NCBI GenBank assembly: GCA_907165135.1
Contig: OU015569.1
Span: forward strand, 4,960,001-5,024,000
Source: Oikopleura dioica
Taxonomy: Eukaryota > Animalia > Chordata
Direction: 5' to 3'
DNA: 64,000 nucleotides
The stretch's first letter is position 1; each line of letters begins with the position of its first letter. Under the pieces are notes generated by a model. It was not told the origin of the DNA. It saw nothing but the letters and a program-made list of their open reading frames with translations, and did not search any database. Positions 49,970-63,733 of this stretch are shown one piece after another. The translations under genes and the position numbers were made by a program.

Positions 49970-50876
49970 AAATGTCTACCAGACTAATTTATTACAGTTT
50001 CAAAAAAAACAAGCAATCGTCAATTACAATTTGTCAACATAATTGTAATAGAATCAAACTCAATTATAGAATAAAACTCCGTTATTCTCAAGTGGCCACC
50101 GTTAGGTTATCCGGATATTGTTAGCAAAAATACACTTTGCGGCGTATTCAATAATAATTAACTCATTATGTGAGGGTTAAAAGGGGCTAAACAGTTTACG
50201 GACACCCTCCCTGTCGACATAAGCTGTATTTTCAAGGCTTCAGAGAAAAATAAAACACCAAGATTAAAATCACAAGATTATTGAAATTTTTGTCAAACAT
50301 AATTTTCTGTCGACAAAAATTGTCACGTGACTCGATTAGCTTCTGCAAGAAGTTGAAAGTACGTCTATCATAAAACCGTTACCGATATTGTAAGCAGACA
50401 TGAGTTCTTTCAAATCTCGTTTTCATTATCATTGTTTTCTAAATCAACAATGCGAAATAAAATCGCGGGACTGATTATAAGGCAACAAGTTTTCCTAAAA
50501 AATGGTCAATCTCTAAATTAAAAAGTCTCCAAAAGCAAAACCTGAAATAAAAGTTCATAACTTAAAAGTCGAAAGTCCCGTTGTATCGAGTATTTAGATA
50601 GGAAGCGGATTTGAGGTAACCAAAAGCAGGCTCTGTAGAAATCCACGTATCGACGTAATTGACCCTTATTAGAAACCCCATCTTGCGTATCTAAGAAGCT
50701 GCACTTTCAACCTTGTTGCTTCACTGCTTCCCCAAGGAAAAACAGGTTTTTAATGCTTTGTATTTACAAGTTTAGTCGTTTCAAATTGTTTCAAAGAAGA
50801 TATTCTTTTTTAGTCTTTTCGTTTCTGTGAGTGTTACTGTTAGTCTCACTGGTACTCGTGTTGTTGATGCAGGTAG

Positions 50877-51724
50877 CTGAGCTCGGCAACCTGTGTAGAA
50901 AACCTGAGTCTGGGTCTGAAATTTATTCAATGAAAAGACGCTTCGCAAAATCTATTATAAAAAGGCGCCATGCGGCCTTTCATTAAGGAGGTAGTCCCTG
51001 CTTTTTGCGATCTCGGCAGTTTTTGAACAGAGCTCACACAAATTTGCGCTGGGATTGAGGGATACAAATTCTATGAATAGAAAGGTCCGACCCTAATGAA
51101 AGTTTGAATTCAAGGAAAAAAATTTTGTTCGCCCGCTTAAGGAGTTAGAGGGCGATAATCGAACCATACCTTGGCGAAATCACCATTTTGGCCTATTTTC
51201 GAACGCGCCTAAAATCAAGAGGATGTTTCAAAAATTTAAATCAATTGCATTTTTTGAAAGTTCGTACTTTCGTCTAGGTTTGAATAAAGCGAAATAAAAT
51301 AATTCCAAAAAGTCATAATGTAATGCTATTGATCAAAGGTTGGGTCTCAAAATCTTGAAAAAATGAGTTTTTTAAGGATGATCTATCTTTAATTATCTTA
51401 ATAATAGACATTGTGCTTATTATTTTTATTATCTAGAAGACATTAAAAATCGAAATATATGATAAAATAGACAAAAAATTTCGAGTTTTTGAAATTTTTC
51501 AGCAAAAACTCACTTTTCAAGTTCGATTTTGGGGTTTTTCCTCTTATATTTGGAAAAAATGATCAACGTAAAAGTTTTAGCTCTTCAAACGAGCTTTCAA
51601 AATCTGCAAGAAAAAATTCTAAAATCCGATTTTTTCACAAGCGAGGAGTCCTCGCCGAGGACTACCCCCTTAAAAATCTTTCCTAACCCTGACTCAGGTT
51701 TTCTACACAGGTTGCCGAGCCCAG
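50877..51724. mobile_element. MITE family 1 copy split by a nested insertion
   Basis: Left arm 50877-50986, right arm 51670-51724; TSD gcaggtag / acaggtag. Confidence 0.9.
50987..51669. mobile_element. TTAA-flanked non-autonomous element (Kolobok-like GG...CC termini), 683 bp
   Basis: ttaa|ggaggtagtcc ... ggactaccccc|ttaa. Confidence 0.82.
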
Positions 51725-51791
51725 ACAGGTAGTGTTCGAGTTAGCATGAAAACTCCTCCTTTGCAGCTTTGAAAGCGTTTAAAAGGTGTTG

Positions 51792-54136
51792 CTACTCATT
51801 TCTTGCCTCGTATTTGTGAAGCACAAACTTAGCCACCGCCACTAGAATCACCAGAAGAATCACAGAGAGCGAACAGACGAGCACAAGCACCAAGTTCGAG
51901 ACTGGATTCAAGCCCGACACTAAAACAACGGTCAATTACCGTTTTTTTGGAGCAAGGGGCTAAGATAGATATACACTTATTCCTGATAGCCGCATTTGCG
52001 GTTGCTTGGGTCAAGAGAAAGTATCTTATTTACTATTTTAGAATAAAGTGGCTTTGATTTTTTCAAATATTTCTTAGCGCATTTCAGTTCTGGGTTAAAA
52101 TTTAGTGTTGCGGTGTATATTTACCTTTCGGAATGTTCAATGTCGTATTAACCTGTTTGAGTCCGAGTGCATTCTCGAGCTGGCACACAAACAAGCCGCT
52201 ATGATCTAAAATTACAAGGCTAAAGAAGCAACACCCTTTTTTGGTGACGATGAGGAGTAGAACAAGGATACAGTAGAAGATGCTAACCTGCTGTTGCGTT
52301 GCCTTCGCTGCGGATCAGGCCGGCTTGTTCCGTTTCCTGCCACTTTGGCGGGCGGCTGATCCATTTTATCGTCGGAGCGGGATAACCTGAACCGCTGCAT
52401 TGAGCAAACAAGCGCGAGGATCCCGACAAATAGCTTTCCGCCGAGAAATCTAAAGCGATTTTTAACAAAGCCCATTTCATTATTCTTTATTTTTGATTCT
52501 AATTTTTCGTTCGTTCGATAAAAGAAGCTGAGCGAGTTACAGTTGATCGCGAATAAAAAAGTGGGGTTCTAATCAAAAATTATGAAATGAGAAAAATCAA
52601 TGTAAGATGGTTTATCTCCGTTATTTGGAGTTAAAACCTAACGTGACTAAATTATTCACGGCGCGGCTTAGAATTATCGAATTCCGAGATCTTTTTAAAT
52701 TATTATTTTGCTCAACTATATCGAGCTCGTTAAATACACGCGTACCTGCGTTGAGTTCTTGGCTGAAGGAAATTTGAGTATCGTAGGGAACGCTTCGGAT
52801 TTTAAGCTGAATGCAAGCGAGTTATTAATGCAATTTTCGGAAATAAGCAAAAAAGAAAAAGACCTAAATTTTACCGGTTTGGATAAAGCTGAAGTGAAAA
52901 AGACCAACCCTGCCCAGGCGATCTGGCAATAGTAGTTTTTCCCGTGCATCTGTTTATCAGCGTCGACAATGAACTCCTTGATCAGCTGGCCGTCAACGGT
53001 TCCCCTTGAAGTTAGCCCGTCTACTTTCCTGCCGTCAATTAACCAGTCCAAATTAACGCTTTTGCCCTTGTTCTTAATCAATTCCAATTGAGCAAAAATA
53101 GAACGAAAGGCAAAAACTCACGAAAATAGCGCAACTGCCCAGATTAACCGAACGGCCTTCTTCGTAATCAGCCATTTCTGGCACACTCGAACCGGGTAAA
53201 AATATCTCCAAAGTAGATTACATCACAATTTCTCAATTTTCAAATATGTTTTATTTGGACTTCATTAAATAAAACCGTAACCCAAATTACAGCGAGCATT
53301 TCCAACTGAGGAATAAGATGTACCGTTAAAGCAAAGGTGTCACTGACTGAGATCTACTTGTTGGCAATAACGACAGTGAGTTTAATCACATCCAAAATAT
53401 TTTCGGCAAAATCAAAAGTTAAAATTTTCCATAACAAGAAAAATTGACTCTAATTAAAAGCTACAACGATTGTTGCCCTAAGGATTTCATTAAATTTTTT
53501 ACCCGGTCACTAGCGTTTATTTCATTTCTCGACCAAACAAGAACGTCGAAAAAGAAACGATCAGTGGCGTAAAGAGGGCTCATTTAATCGAAATTACTTA
53601 TATCTGAAAATAAGATAAAAACCCTTGGCTGAGCTGTCGCGACAAGAATAGGTGCCACTATCGCCCGTGCTTGATACTTTCTTGGAAATTGTCAGCGTCG
53701 TTGATTTCTCGTCCTTTTCGACGAATGCTGTCCAGTTTTCATCGAGGAACGAGGCTGAGCGATCGACGCTGATGAACATTGTTTCCGTTTTGTTTCCGCT
53801 CAGAAAGCGGTGGAACGAAATGTACTGAACAAGAGTTAACCCATTAATAACAATGGTTCCCAGCGAATACTTTTCCTTGAACGTTGCATTTCATAACTAA
53901 GGGCTTGTCGCTTTCCACCAACAGCTGTCTTTGTTCGCCTTTCAATGTTCCAGATTTCTACTAAGGCTCAATTTTAAGGGAAATATAAACCGCTTAAAAT
54001 GGGCCCCCATGGATTTTTTTAATATAACAGGAATAATCAGAAGCACTGTTGATTTCCGATAAATGTTTTTTATCAGAAACAAAAGCATAAGAAATTTGGA
54101 ACATATTTTTGGTCGAGTTCCGGTCATTGCGCTCAT
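51792..54136 (-). CDS. Type I membrane protein with about three Ig-like domains and a very short cytoplasmic tail
   Basis: Hydrophobic N-terminus (KFLMLLFLI); PLVMKC..DSGTYSC; LGSC..LDW..NYYC; AQCSGSGYPAPTIKW; TM LVLVLVCSLSVILLVILVAVA then KFVLHKYEARNE*. Confidence 0.78.
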
Positions 54137-54898
54137 TCGTGGATGTGGTCGCGCTGCCGTCACAAAAATTCCCTAAGATTTTTTTTCAAACATTCTTGAA
54201 CCCCAACTCTGTCTATTCTTTTCAATCTGCATCTTTTTTTGATCACTTTTATGTTCGGTTCAACTAAAGACGCACCTTTTGCGGTGAGCAAATCCTGACC
54301 CAAGAATTCTTAATCTTGGACCTAGATTGCTGAAATTTACAGGAAAAAATGAGTTTTTTGCTTGGAAAAACGTTTTGAAATTAGTGGATCAACAAACAAT
54401 TATGAAAATTATGTCGCAACAGCTAAATATTAATCGAATCAAGCATTTTTACGTCGAGCAGTGAGCAATAATTGACACGATTAACTGTGCCGCCAACTGT
54501 AGTGTTTTGTAAAAATATCGGATGTTGATGCGGAAAATATGCCTCACAACGGACCCATAACAGGTTAATTACCTCGCACGAATTTCTTGCTCGAATTAAT
54601 TAATTTCTACAATTTATAATTAAACATCGTCAGTTCTTATTAAAACCGTTGTTACGTTACGCGTGAGGTGTTAAAGCTAATTTGCTGACCATTTAAATTC
54701 ATCTCAACTTATCGGCCCCAAAAATGCTCGCTACAGCAAGATTTCTTAGATTTTCTGTGAACAAAAAAGCGCCGCTTCCGGTTATTATTCAATTAATGAT
54801 GCATTCTTCAAATTAAACTTGAGTATTTTAGGCACTATTAAAAATTACGTCAGCAGCGATTTTCTTTTCTCAAACTTTCAAGACTGCAAATACTTACA

Positions 54899-55098
54899 CT
54901 GGGCTCGGCAACCTGTGTTAAAAACCTGAGTAAGAGCCCTGAGAGATCTTCAACGAAAAGCCGTAAAAAATAAATCGAGACGGTAATTTTGGCGAAGCCG
55001 CTTTGCGGCTTTATTTTAAAAGTAGCCGCTATGCGGTTTTTCGTTGAAGGTCTTTCAGGACTCTTACTCAAGCTTTCTTTCCAGGTTGCCGAGTCCAA
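54899..55098. mobile_element. MITE family 1, complete copy
   Basis: ctgggctcggcaacctgtgttaaaaacctgag ... ccaggttgccgagtccaa. Confidence 0.88.
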
Positions 55099-57458
55099 CT
55101 CTTACCTGCGAGTGAAAAAAGTGCAAAAGTACGCCAACTTGTCATTTTATTTTTTTTGCTCCTCGTTTGTTGCTCTGTTTTTTATCGAATTCGGGAGTGA
55201 TTTAGAGCCACTTGAGTAATGGAAAGTGACAATAATCCCTCAATTTCTTTCTCGGTATTTGAAGCCTTAATATTTAACAAGCACTTTTCTGCAATTTCTC
55301 TGCTTTAATTTTTTCCTGATTGAATCAGCTCTAACGAAGAGGCAAGTTGTTGAGATGTTGATTTTTCCAAAGCCGCAGTGGTGGACCATTAGAATAACTT
55401 TCGAGAAATATGGGCGATTAATTATTGACTGCCAGGGAATCATAATAATCAATCGACGTGGCTAGCTCTTGAGCAACAGATGATTAGATTGTAACGCACC
55501 CTTAACCCTACTTGTTTCACACTTATCGCGACACGACTAAATATCAATCATTATTTCAAAATCTGTTTTGTCGAATCTGGTTTTAGAAAACTTTACAAGG
55601 AGTAAACATACGGTACGAACCAGCACAGATTGAAATGGAGCAACCTCAAAAATGATCAACGATCAAAAATGACTATCTAATTCAATCGGATGATTTTTAA
55701 AGCGGCGGAGGCATGCCAAAGCGACAAGGGTCTGACGACAGGATTATGAGAACCAGTGATTTCTTTCTGAAGCACGTTCTGTGACCGCCAAGCTATGGTT
55801 TATCGCCTCATCCTAGCGTGGATTCGCTCCAGAGTCGTAATAGGAAGTTCTTCTTATTCTACCGTAAAGCGCTCCTCTTCCAGCTCAATTACTTTCTCAC
55901 GCGAGGATCAGGGCGAACATGTTATGTCAGTTATAGAAGCTTCGTGGATCAGAAAGGCTCACGAAATTGGGCCGCCGCTTCCAGAGAACAGAAAATCCAT
56001 TAAACGTAAACGTTGCTTAAAATTGTTTGAAATTATGCAGCTGTTTTTCGACAGAAACAAAAATTCTAAGGGGAGGACAGCGATTAATTCGTCAAAAGTC
56101 AGAATAAAGCGAATACGAAGCAACCCTTATTTAGACTTTATTGAAGCTTTGTTGATGCGTTTTTTTGGAAAGATTCATTTTCGCAAAAAAAAAGTTAATT
56201 TATTTTTTTGGTCCCGCCATTACAGGATTAAAGGGAGACGTATTGAATATTTCTGAACAAGGCTGGATTGTATTGTTTGATCGTCAACAACCGCACGCGA
56301 CATGCTCCTTGCTCCAATTTGAGTGTAGATGACGTTCAATTGTTTCACTCTGTTTACAGTCTTCTAAAATCAATGGAACTAAATGGACATTAACAATACA
56401 TAATATCAAGATTATCTGGGTTACTGTAGCTGGAAAGGGGACTGAAATTCACTCGGAAGGGATTTTAATAAACACCGACCATTTACAGTTAAAAAAATAT
56501 ACAAAAAACTATGACCTACTTGGTAAAATTTTATTTTCTTATCAGCTTAGAATTCTTACAAGCTATACTTTACCCGAGCAAAGAAGAAGAAACTGTGAAA
56601 GCCTATTTTCAAGCGCCTAAAAATAAACTATCAGCCTTTATAAGCGTCCGAGGAGGCTGAAAGCTTACTTTCTTCCTTTGGCGTGGGAGAGGTGCGAAAA
56701 TTCTAAATCAAAACAAAAATACCATTTTTAGGCGTTCTGCGAAAATTTCTAAAGCGCCGTCTTAAAGCACACGTTATGAAAAGCTGGTGTTACTCGTCGG
56801 AATGGTGAATTAGAGCTGGCCCTTTTTATTCCGATTGCGGGCGATGCTCATTCATTCGGCCGAGGTCGGCGCTGAGGTTTCCATCCCATTCGAAATTTGC
56901 AGAAGCGGCACGTCACGTGGCCATGCACGAGTTTCACAAAACTAAAAACAACAAACCTGAAATTGAATTTCAGTTACGTCCACTTCCCATTTTCCTAAAC
57001 GCTAAGGTTAATCCGCTCGCGACTCGATTTCTTCGCAGCTTAAAAGAAGCTCTAAACACGCATCTTTTCTCCACGCTGGAATTTCTGTCTTTTCCTACAA
57101 GTTCGCTTCGCTTCACAAAATGGTTCTAAAATCGCGTGTTTTTCGCGGTTCTTCTTGTTCTGTCATTTCCGTTTAAGAATGGGCGATAAAATTTCTCTTG
57201 AAATTTTTGGCCTCGACGTGGCCACCGCAATTTATTGTCTTCCAACTGCCCAACGGTTAGATACTCATCTGCTCCATTCCTTTCATGGGAAAACAACACC
57301 ATCGCGGTAAACAAAAACGAATGTGCCAACAGAGTTTCATTTTTTCCACTTCCATCCATATGTGTTATTGCTATCTACGGCTTTTATGAATCAGGCGTTT
57401 TTTTTTTGATATTATCAAAAAAAGGATTAAATACGGTTCTAGCTAGTTCGAGTAAAAA

Positions 57459-57536
57459 GGGTTAGGATAAGGGTTAAGGTTAGGGTTGACAAGCGGCTTT
57501 TCACTGTCCTCATTTTGTCCCAAACCCTAAACCTAA
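57459..57536. repeat. Degenerate TTAGGG/CCCTAA repeats in inverted orientation around a short core
   Basis: gggttaggataagggttaaggttagggttgacaa...ttgtcccaaaccctaaacctaa. Confidence 0.6.
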
Positions 57537-59239
57537 ATGATCTTTCCAACAACGACCAAAATCTTCCCCCTTCAGCGAAGATTTATAACAATAAGCCAGT
57601 GCCAAATAGTCTGCCAAATAAAGGTGTTGACGATAACCAGGCTTTAAGTAATATTAATATGATATTAAACCAATTATCCCTGATGGTAGCGCAAACAAAG
57701 CATTGGAATACACTGGAGCCACGTTTTATAACGGTGGGCACAATAAATAGCACATTAACAATTTGTTAATTTATTGCTGAAAATCCAATTTCGAGAACAA
57801 ATTCATCCTTAATTAACAAAATCTTTTATTCCTTCGAATCCACGATACTTGTTGCTACTAGATTATTAACAATCGACAAACAAGAGTTCTACTCAGAACA
57901 GATTTTGTTTCGAGACAAAATTAAGAAAAAATCGTGGGGTTGAGACCTTTGTCGACATTTTTTGTTGAAATCCGGATTTAATCTGATTCAGTGCCCTTGT
58001 TGATCAAAGAATCGGAACGAGTTTGCTTTTGCTGCCAACAGAATTAATTTGAAGGTCACTAATTAAGATTCAGCGCAAAATTCAAGAACGAAAATACACT
58101 TTCTATTCTGACAAATGTCTGAAAAAAGGGCCGACATTGGCGATTTCTAATTTTCTCCAATCCTCGTCATTTGCGGTACTCCTTGGCGCAATTTCGCCGT
58201 TTGCGAAACACGGGCTTTCAAGAATCGTGACCAGTAGATCATCTGTTGCTGCAATTTGCTCAAAGATTTCATCGAATTTATACCTCCACGCTTGCTTTCA
58301 ACAATTTTAAATTGAAGTACGATCTTTCTCCCCTCATTCCAGTGGCCGCAAAAACATGTTTTTCACATAATATCTAAGTTCGTTTCTTTAATTAGTTCGT
58401 GCGAAACTTGTTGTATCTAATTCGTAAAATCAAGCTTTGAACTTCTCCGAATTGGCGCAGGAAGGAGGAGGAATCAATTTGTTTTTGACTATAAAACTTT
58501 TATTTTTGAAAAAATAACGGTTTGTAGCAACTGCGATCCGTCAGCCTAATTGTTTAACCGCAACATTATTGTTTTCTGAATTCTCAGTAAAAGGAGTAGA
58601 TTCTGTTTTGCCTTTCAACATAAAAAGAAAGAAAAAAGAAACCAACTTTCTGTTTTGCCCAAAAAGTCCACGACTGTTACTTAGTTGCGTTTATCAAGAT
58701 CAGATCACGTGTACTAAATCTTCCACAACGAGGTCAACAATCTTATCGACAGCAAAAAGAAACGCACTGGCTATCGACGAGGAAGATACCATTCTCGTTT
58801 ATCACGTCTAAAGTTAAATGTTTTGATTAAAAAATGCGATTCTGAAAGATAATTTTTTAACAAAAATCATAAAAAAAACGATGTCAGCGTTATTTGGAGC
58901 GATCACGAAAGAAGCGAGTCAGCTGACAGTTAGAAGCGAATAACCGCCATTTTTCTTTCAAAACGCATAAGCCGAAAGTTGTTGTCCGATTATTCGCCAC
59001 GGTCTACTAAAAAAATTGAAAGCACGTTTGCCTATCGACATTTAGGTTCAACCAGCAACGTGCCAGAAAACAAGCGATCAGCAAATCGTCCGCGCGAAAT
59101 AAGCAAACATGAAGAGCATCTGCCAAACTAGCAACTCTATGCTTTTTTTGCTGCGATGTATTTAAAATGGCGATCAACCGTTTTCGAGCGCTAAACAGAA
59201 ATAATTTCCCTTCAAACTCCAGCGAAACCGTTCAAATCA

Positions 59240-59451
59240 CGGTATCAGCATGTGAAGAAAATCTGAGTCAGGGTCAGAAAGAGCGGAAATGAAAAGCCGC
59301 GCAGCGGCTTTTTTAAAAACGAAGCCGCTAATATTACAATTTTAATCTAGATAAAACTCTGGCTTCGTTTTTAAAAAAGCTGCTTCACGGCTTTTCAGTT
59401 CACCTCTTTCAGACCCTGACTCAGGTTTGTTACACAGGTTGCCGAATCCAA
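59240..59451. mobile_element. MITE family 1, near-complete copy
   Basis: ctgagtcagggtcagaaag...aaaagccgcgcagcggctttt...ccctgactcaggtttgttacacaggttgccgaatcca. Confidence 0.88.
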
Positions 59452-60234
59452 TGTTGGCCTCAATATTTACTTTTTGAGCTCTTCTCCTTTTACTCTAGCT
59501 ATCTTTTATTAAAAGCTCGTATTTATTGATCAATACTGCCGTAAAAATAAGTATTGCCCTGAGACTAACTTTTTTGCGGAAAAACATTTATGCTTCGCAT
59601 CTGTTTCTGCTGCGGTCATGAGAAAAGCTTGAAAGTAGCTGGCAACGTGTAAGGGACAACGGCCACTATGTCATAATATTTATAGCAGAGTATAGTAGAA
59701 TAATGTTGTTTGAAAACAAGGTAATTAATTGCTCGTAATTACGGAATAATCAATGTTGATTTATATTCCGACATTGCTTAAAATTTTCATTGCTAAGCAA
59801 TAATAAACCTCAACTCACTTTTTCTAACTGATCGAGGGAAGTTCAAAAAGTAAAATTTCAAAGTCTACGGGAAAAAATTAATTGCGCTATTTCACGGAAA
59901 ATGTGCCAAATTTTTGGAGGAGCTGTTACACCGACTTTCGGCTTGTCAAGGGAATTCTATTTTTAACCACTCTGATCTTATCTGATGAAACGATGGAACC
60001 ACGTTTTTTGTTGTATTTGATCAAATAAAGCCGCATAAATTATAAAACAAGAAACGCAGACGTTGGAAACCAAGAATTCCAGCATGTTACATGAAAGTGT
60101 TTATCATCATTAAAAACGAGATCTTTATTGATAATTCTGGCCGTGTAATTTACCGGTTTAAGGGTATGTTCGAAGAAATCAATTGATGATACAAACGTGG
60201 CCATGACTTTTGCTGTAAAAATTTTAACCCTTAA

Positions 60235-60558
60235 GGACCCCCCGTCAGCTTTTTCGTCCGAAAATGGAAATTTTGAAAAAGACCATATTTTTGGTTCTTA
60301 ATGCGTCATCAGGTTAAACTTGCTTCATAAACTCGATGAGAGAAATTTTTGACCAAGAAAAATCAATATTTTTGCCAAAATTAGGGCGAATTCGTCGAAA
60401 TTTTTGGCGAAATACCCAATTTTCAAATGCGATTTTTGGGGTGAAGGAGTCGAGATAGACCCCCAAAAAATCGTTTTTTGACCCGTAGAATCCATTTCCG
60501 GGTCAAAATTTTAAAATTCCGAAATTTGATTTTTCGGAAAAAAGCTGACGGGGGGTCC
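60235..60558. mobile_element. TTAA-flanked MITE (Kolobok-like), 324 bp
   Basis: ttaa|ggaccccccgtcagcttttt ... aaaaagctgacggggggtcc|ttaa. Confidence 0.9.
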
Positions 60559-61999
60559 TTAAATTATGGGGTGCAGGAGATCAAACACGTAAGTTTCATC
60601 TATCAGAGGATTTTTTAATTGATTTTTAGAAGAATGAAGACTCCGATGCAATGATATCAAGAGCCACGTATAATACTAGTTTGGACTTTGAATTCGAACA
60701 TGATAATTAGTTGAAGCTGTTAAAGTAAAGTTTGGATCCTTTGCGTCCTTTTGTTTTCCTTGTTTTGAGCAAGTTCTGTTTCTTTATGTGTGTTTCTAGT
60801 CATAGAACTTGTCAAAGGTTTGTCAAAGACGCGCTCCAACATGTTGAATGCTTTAGTTCGATTAAACTTTCATTATCGCAGCTTTAAAATATCCACTTAA
60901 CCCTTTTTCCTTCATTTCACGAAAAAGAGAAGGAACGTACGCCAATTTCCGCGAAAGACGTTAGTTGATGAGAGTTGTTCAGCAAATGCTCACTATAGCG
61001 CTTATTTCAATCTCAAAATTCGACGTTGCCGCGCAAAAATCAAGCCAGGCTTGTAATTTTAAAATGCATAAGCACAGTTGTAAAAAAAAGTGTCGTGGCC
61101 GCTCGAAAACGGATATAAGTAGGGCAGATACGAACTTGTTAAAATTCAAAAATTCGAAAGTGCCGTTGTCAACTGATTTTTTCGTTGTCACTTGGAACCT
61201 GTGTCCAATTAAGCATTTTTTCAATTTAACGATTGAGTGCCTCCATCCAGAAATTAATAACTTCATTCTCTTCGTTTTTGAATTTCATGCGAAAAAGTAC
61301 CGAAGAAATAAAAAAAATCCCTGATCAGCAAATGAGGTTAATAGCGCTTGTGATTATTTTACCTTCAAAATAGCGGTCGTCGTTTGCTCTTGTTTTCACC
61401 CAAAACATGTTTTAATAGCTCCGTGTTGTCAGTGAGTAGTTGTAGACACGGGTACTTTCTTGAAAATTAATTTCTGGTTAAAAATAATTAATCGGTCGAT
61501 TAATCAGATTCAATAAAAGGGAGAAAAGTATCCTTCAAAAATAATTCTTAATTTTTGGATTGGTTATTGAGCGAGCTAATTCTTAAAAATTATGAGGCTT
61601 GCAAAACTTGCAAGTTTCGGCAAGAACGCAAACTTTAACAACCCTCCCACTCTTCTGAGCCAAAGTTTTAGCCACCCCCTAAAGTAACGGAAGGAAACGC
61701 GCCTCTTTTTGTGGGTCCCTTTCTCGGCGTCATCCTTGGATCCTGAAGCGGATTTTGAAATCGATTCCGTAAAACATCCTTTTCCGCCTTTACGAACGTG
61801 AGTTCCGTAATCATTTTTGAAATTACGTCTTAAATACGTATTTAGGTCAGTTTTCCTTGAAATTGCTATCTATTAACTACTCAAAGTAAAACCGAGTTAG
61901 AGAATTTGAATTGAAATTAAACAAAAGTTAAAGTGAAGATCGCGGCCTAAACTCTTAATAACTTGTATTCAAATTAGCACTGCTCCCTAATCCTAATCA

Positions 62000-62566
62000 A
62001 TGACCATCTCTGAGCAAGTAAGACCCGTTTTGTGCTGTTTTTGAGTATACCAAAAATATGTTTCTATCGAACTGAGACTGCGTTTGTAGCTAGGTAAATA
62101 CGTCGTGCAGAGCAGATAATGGTCGGATTATTAATTTGCTTTTTGTAAGAAGCCAAAAAAGGTTGAACAGTTTCTCGAAGCTATTTCTTCGTCATCGGGT
62201 GCACTCGTCGGACGCATTGGTCAGTTTAACTCCCGAGCAGCACACTATCGTCAACAGCTTCGTGCGCCAGCGGCTCAACAAGCTCCTAGACGACAAAATC
62301 ATTCAAATGTCACAGACGGGAGATGAACCCTTCACAAACAGATACAGGTAGCGTCTCAAAGGTTTAATTGTAAATATCTGAGATGAAGTTATAACCGCCC
62401 TTGAATATTTGTTGATCCACGCTTGGGTCAACGGTTAACCCTAACTCACTTGAGAATTTTCAATAATTGCTGTAGCTCGCCTTCATTCTGGCCCAAAGGA
62501 CTGCGGGAGTTCCGAAGCAACGAAATCAGCAATCTGGCGATGAGTTTGCGCTCCGTCGATTTCTAG
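62000..62566 (+). CDS. Small unknown gene (3 exons)
   Basis: MTISEQ|gtaag donor; exon with DALVSLTPEQHTIVNSFVRQRLNKLLDDKIIQ; phase-2 last exon ending SLRSVDF*. Confidence 0.35.
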
Positions 62567-63496
62567 CGCCGATTCCTTCATTTTTTATACCCTTGTCATT
62601 CTTTCACAATAAAATAAAAAGGAAATATTTCCATACGGGTTTGAAATATCCCACGTTTTTAATTTTATTCACTAACACGAAAAATATCGCAAACCGTAGA
62701 CCTGGATTCTAGTCTTTTTATTTCTCAAAAAAGCGTCAACAATAATTTTGGAAAATGGCAGTTTGAGAAGTACCACCTTTGTTTTATAGAAAGTCTTTAA
62801 GTTAAATTATTAATTAGAATTGAAAAGCGCAGATGCGAGCCACTTTTGTTTTCGTAAAAACGCTCCAGTTAATAATAGATCAAAGCATTTCCTCTCTTTC
62901 GAAGCAGGCATTAATTTTTAAATTAACAAAAAAAAATGGCTCCGGAAGAGAAGAATGCACAAATACGAAACTCGAATTCCAGCCGTTGGAATATTCCAGC
63001 AAAGGTGCAACAATTTGATTAATCTATCAACAACCGCTCTCCGCGTATTTTCAAACTCAACTGCGGTTCAATCTTTTTTATCAAGCGAATTAAAGTAATC
63101 AAAAATAAAGAAGAAGAAAAGCGTGGGTAAACGAAAAAAGGACCAAGGAAATTTTTCAGCAGTTGAATGCCGTTTTCAAAAAAATCAAAATAAAATACGG
63201 CTGTCGACTATTATTTTTTATTTACGAAAAGGTAGCTAGAACTCCGGAAGCTTTCGCTGTTGTTCTGGCCTTTTTTAATTATCAAGCGCTCATTCGTTTT
63301 TATGTTTGTTTAAACAAAGAAAGAGGTCTATCTGGCTAAAAATAGAAAACTTAGCGGAAATTTTCAATATTGCGTGCGTAAGCTAGAAAAAGAAAAGCCA
63401 TAACAAATTGTAATCATTAATTCGTGCGCGAAGTGGTGTCCTAACTCGATTGTTAATTGCTCCGCGCAACACAAACTAGGTGACAACGTTTCGTGT

Positions 63497-63733
63497 TTGC
63501 ACCTTTTCCAAGAACAAATTCGCAAAATACGTGCAAAATCCCGCGATCGCCAAATTCGAAAAAGGGAAAACGCCAAATCAACGATCTCAGGTAACGTTAA
63601 TTTGCCAGATGAGTTTGTCTACTTGAAAGCAGGTCCTGTCTCTTGCGAAGCAGATGGCGTCGTGCACCAGATCGGCCCGTCCGGCTCAGACAAGCTGTAC
63701 CTTCGCCGGGGAAACAACCCCTTCGTCACATGA
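63497..63733 (+). CDS. Terminal exon(s) of an unknown gene
   Basis: Donor tcag|gtaacg and acceptor ttgccag| lead to DEFVYLKAGPVSCEADGVVHQIGPSGSDKLYLRRGNNPFVT*. Confidence 0.3.
   Translation: MHLFQEQIRKIRAKSRDRQIRKRENAKSTISGNVNLPDEFVYLKAGPVSCEADGVVHQIGPSGSDKLYLRRGNNPFVT

Noticed and set aside
55795-56256. 153-aa and 61-aa plus-strand ORFs
   Set aside because: No recognisable domain or consistent exon chain.
57950-58480. Two open minus-strand frames (e.g. QAWRYKFDEIFEQIAATDDLLVTILESPCF)
   Set aside because: They look protein-like, but no start or compatible splice path was found; left uncalled.
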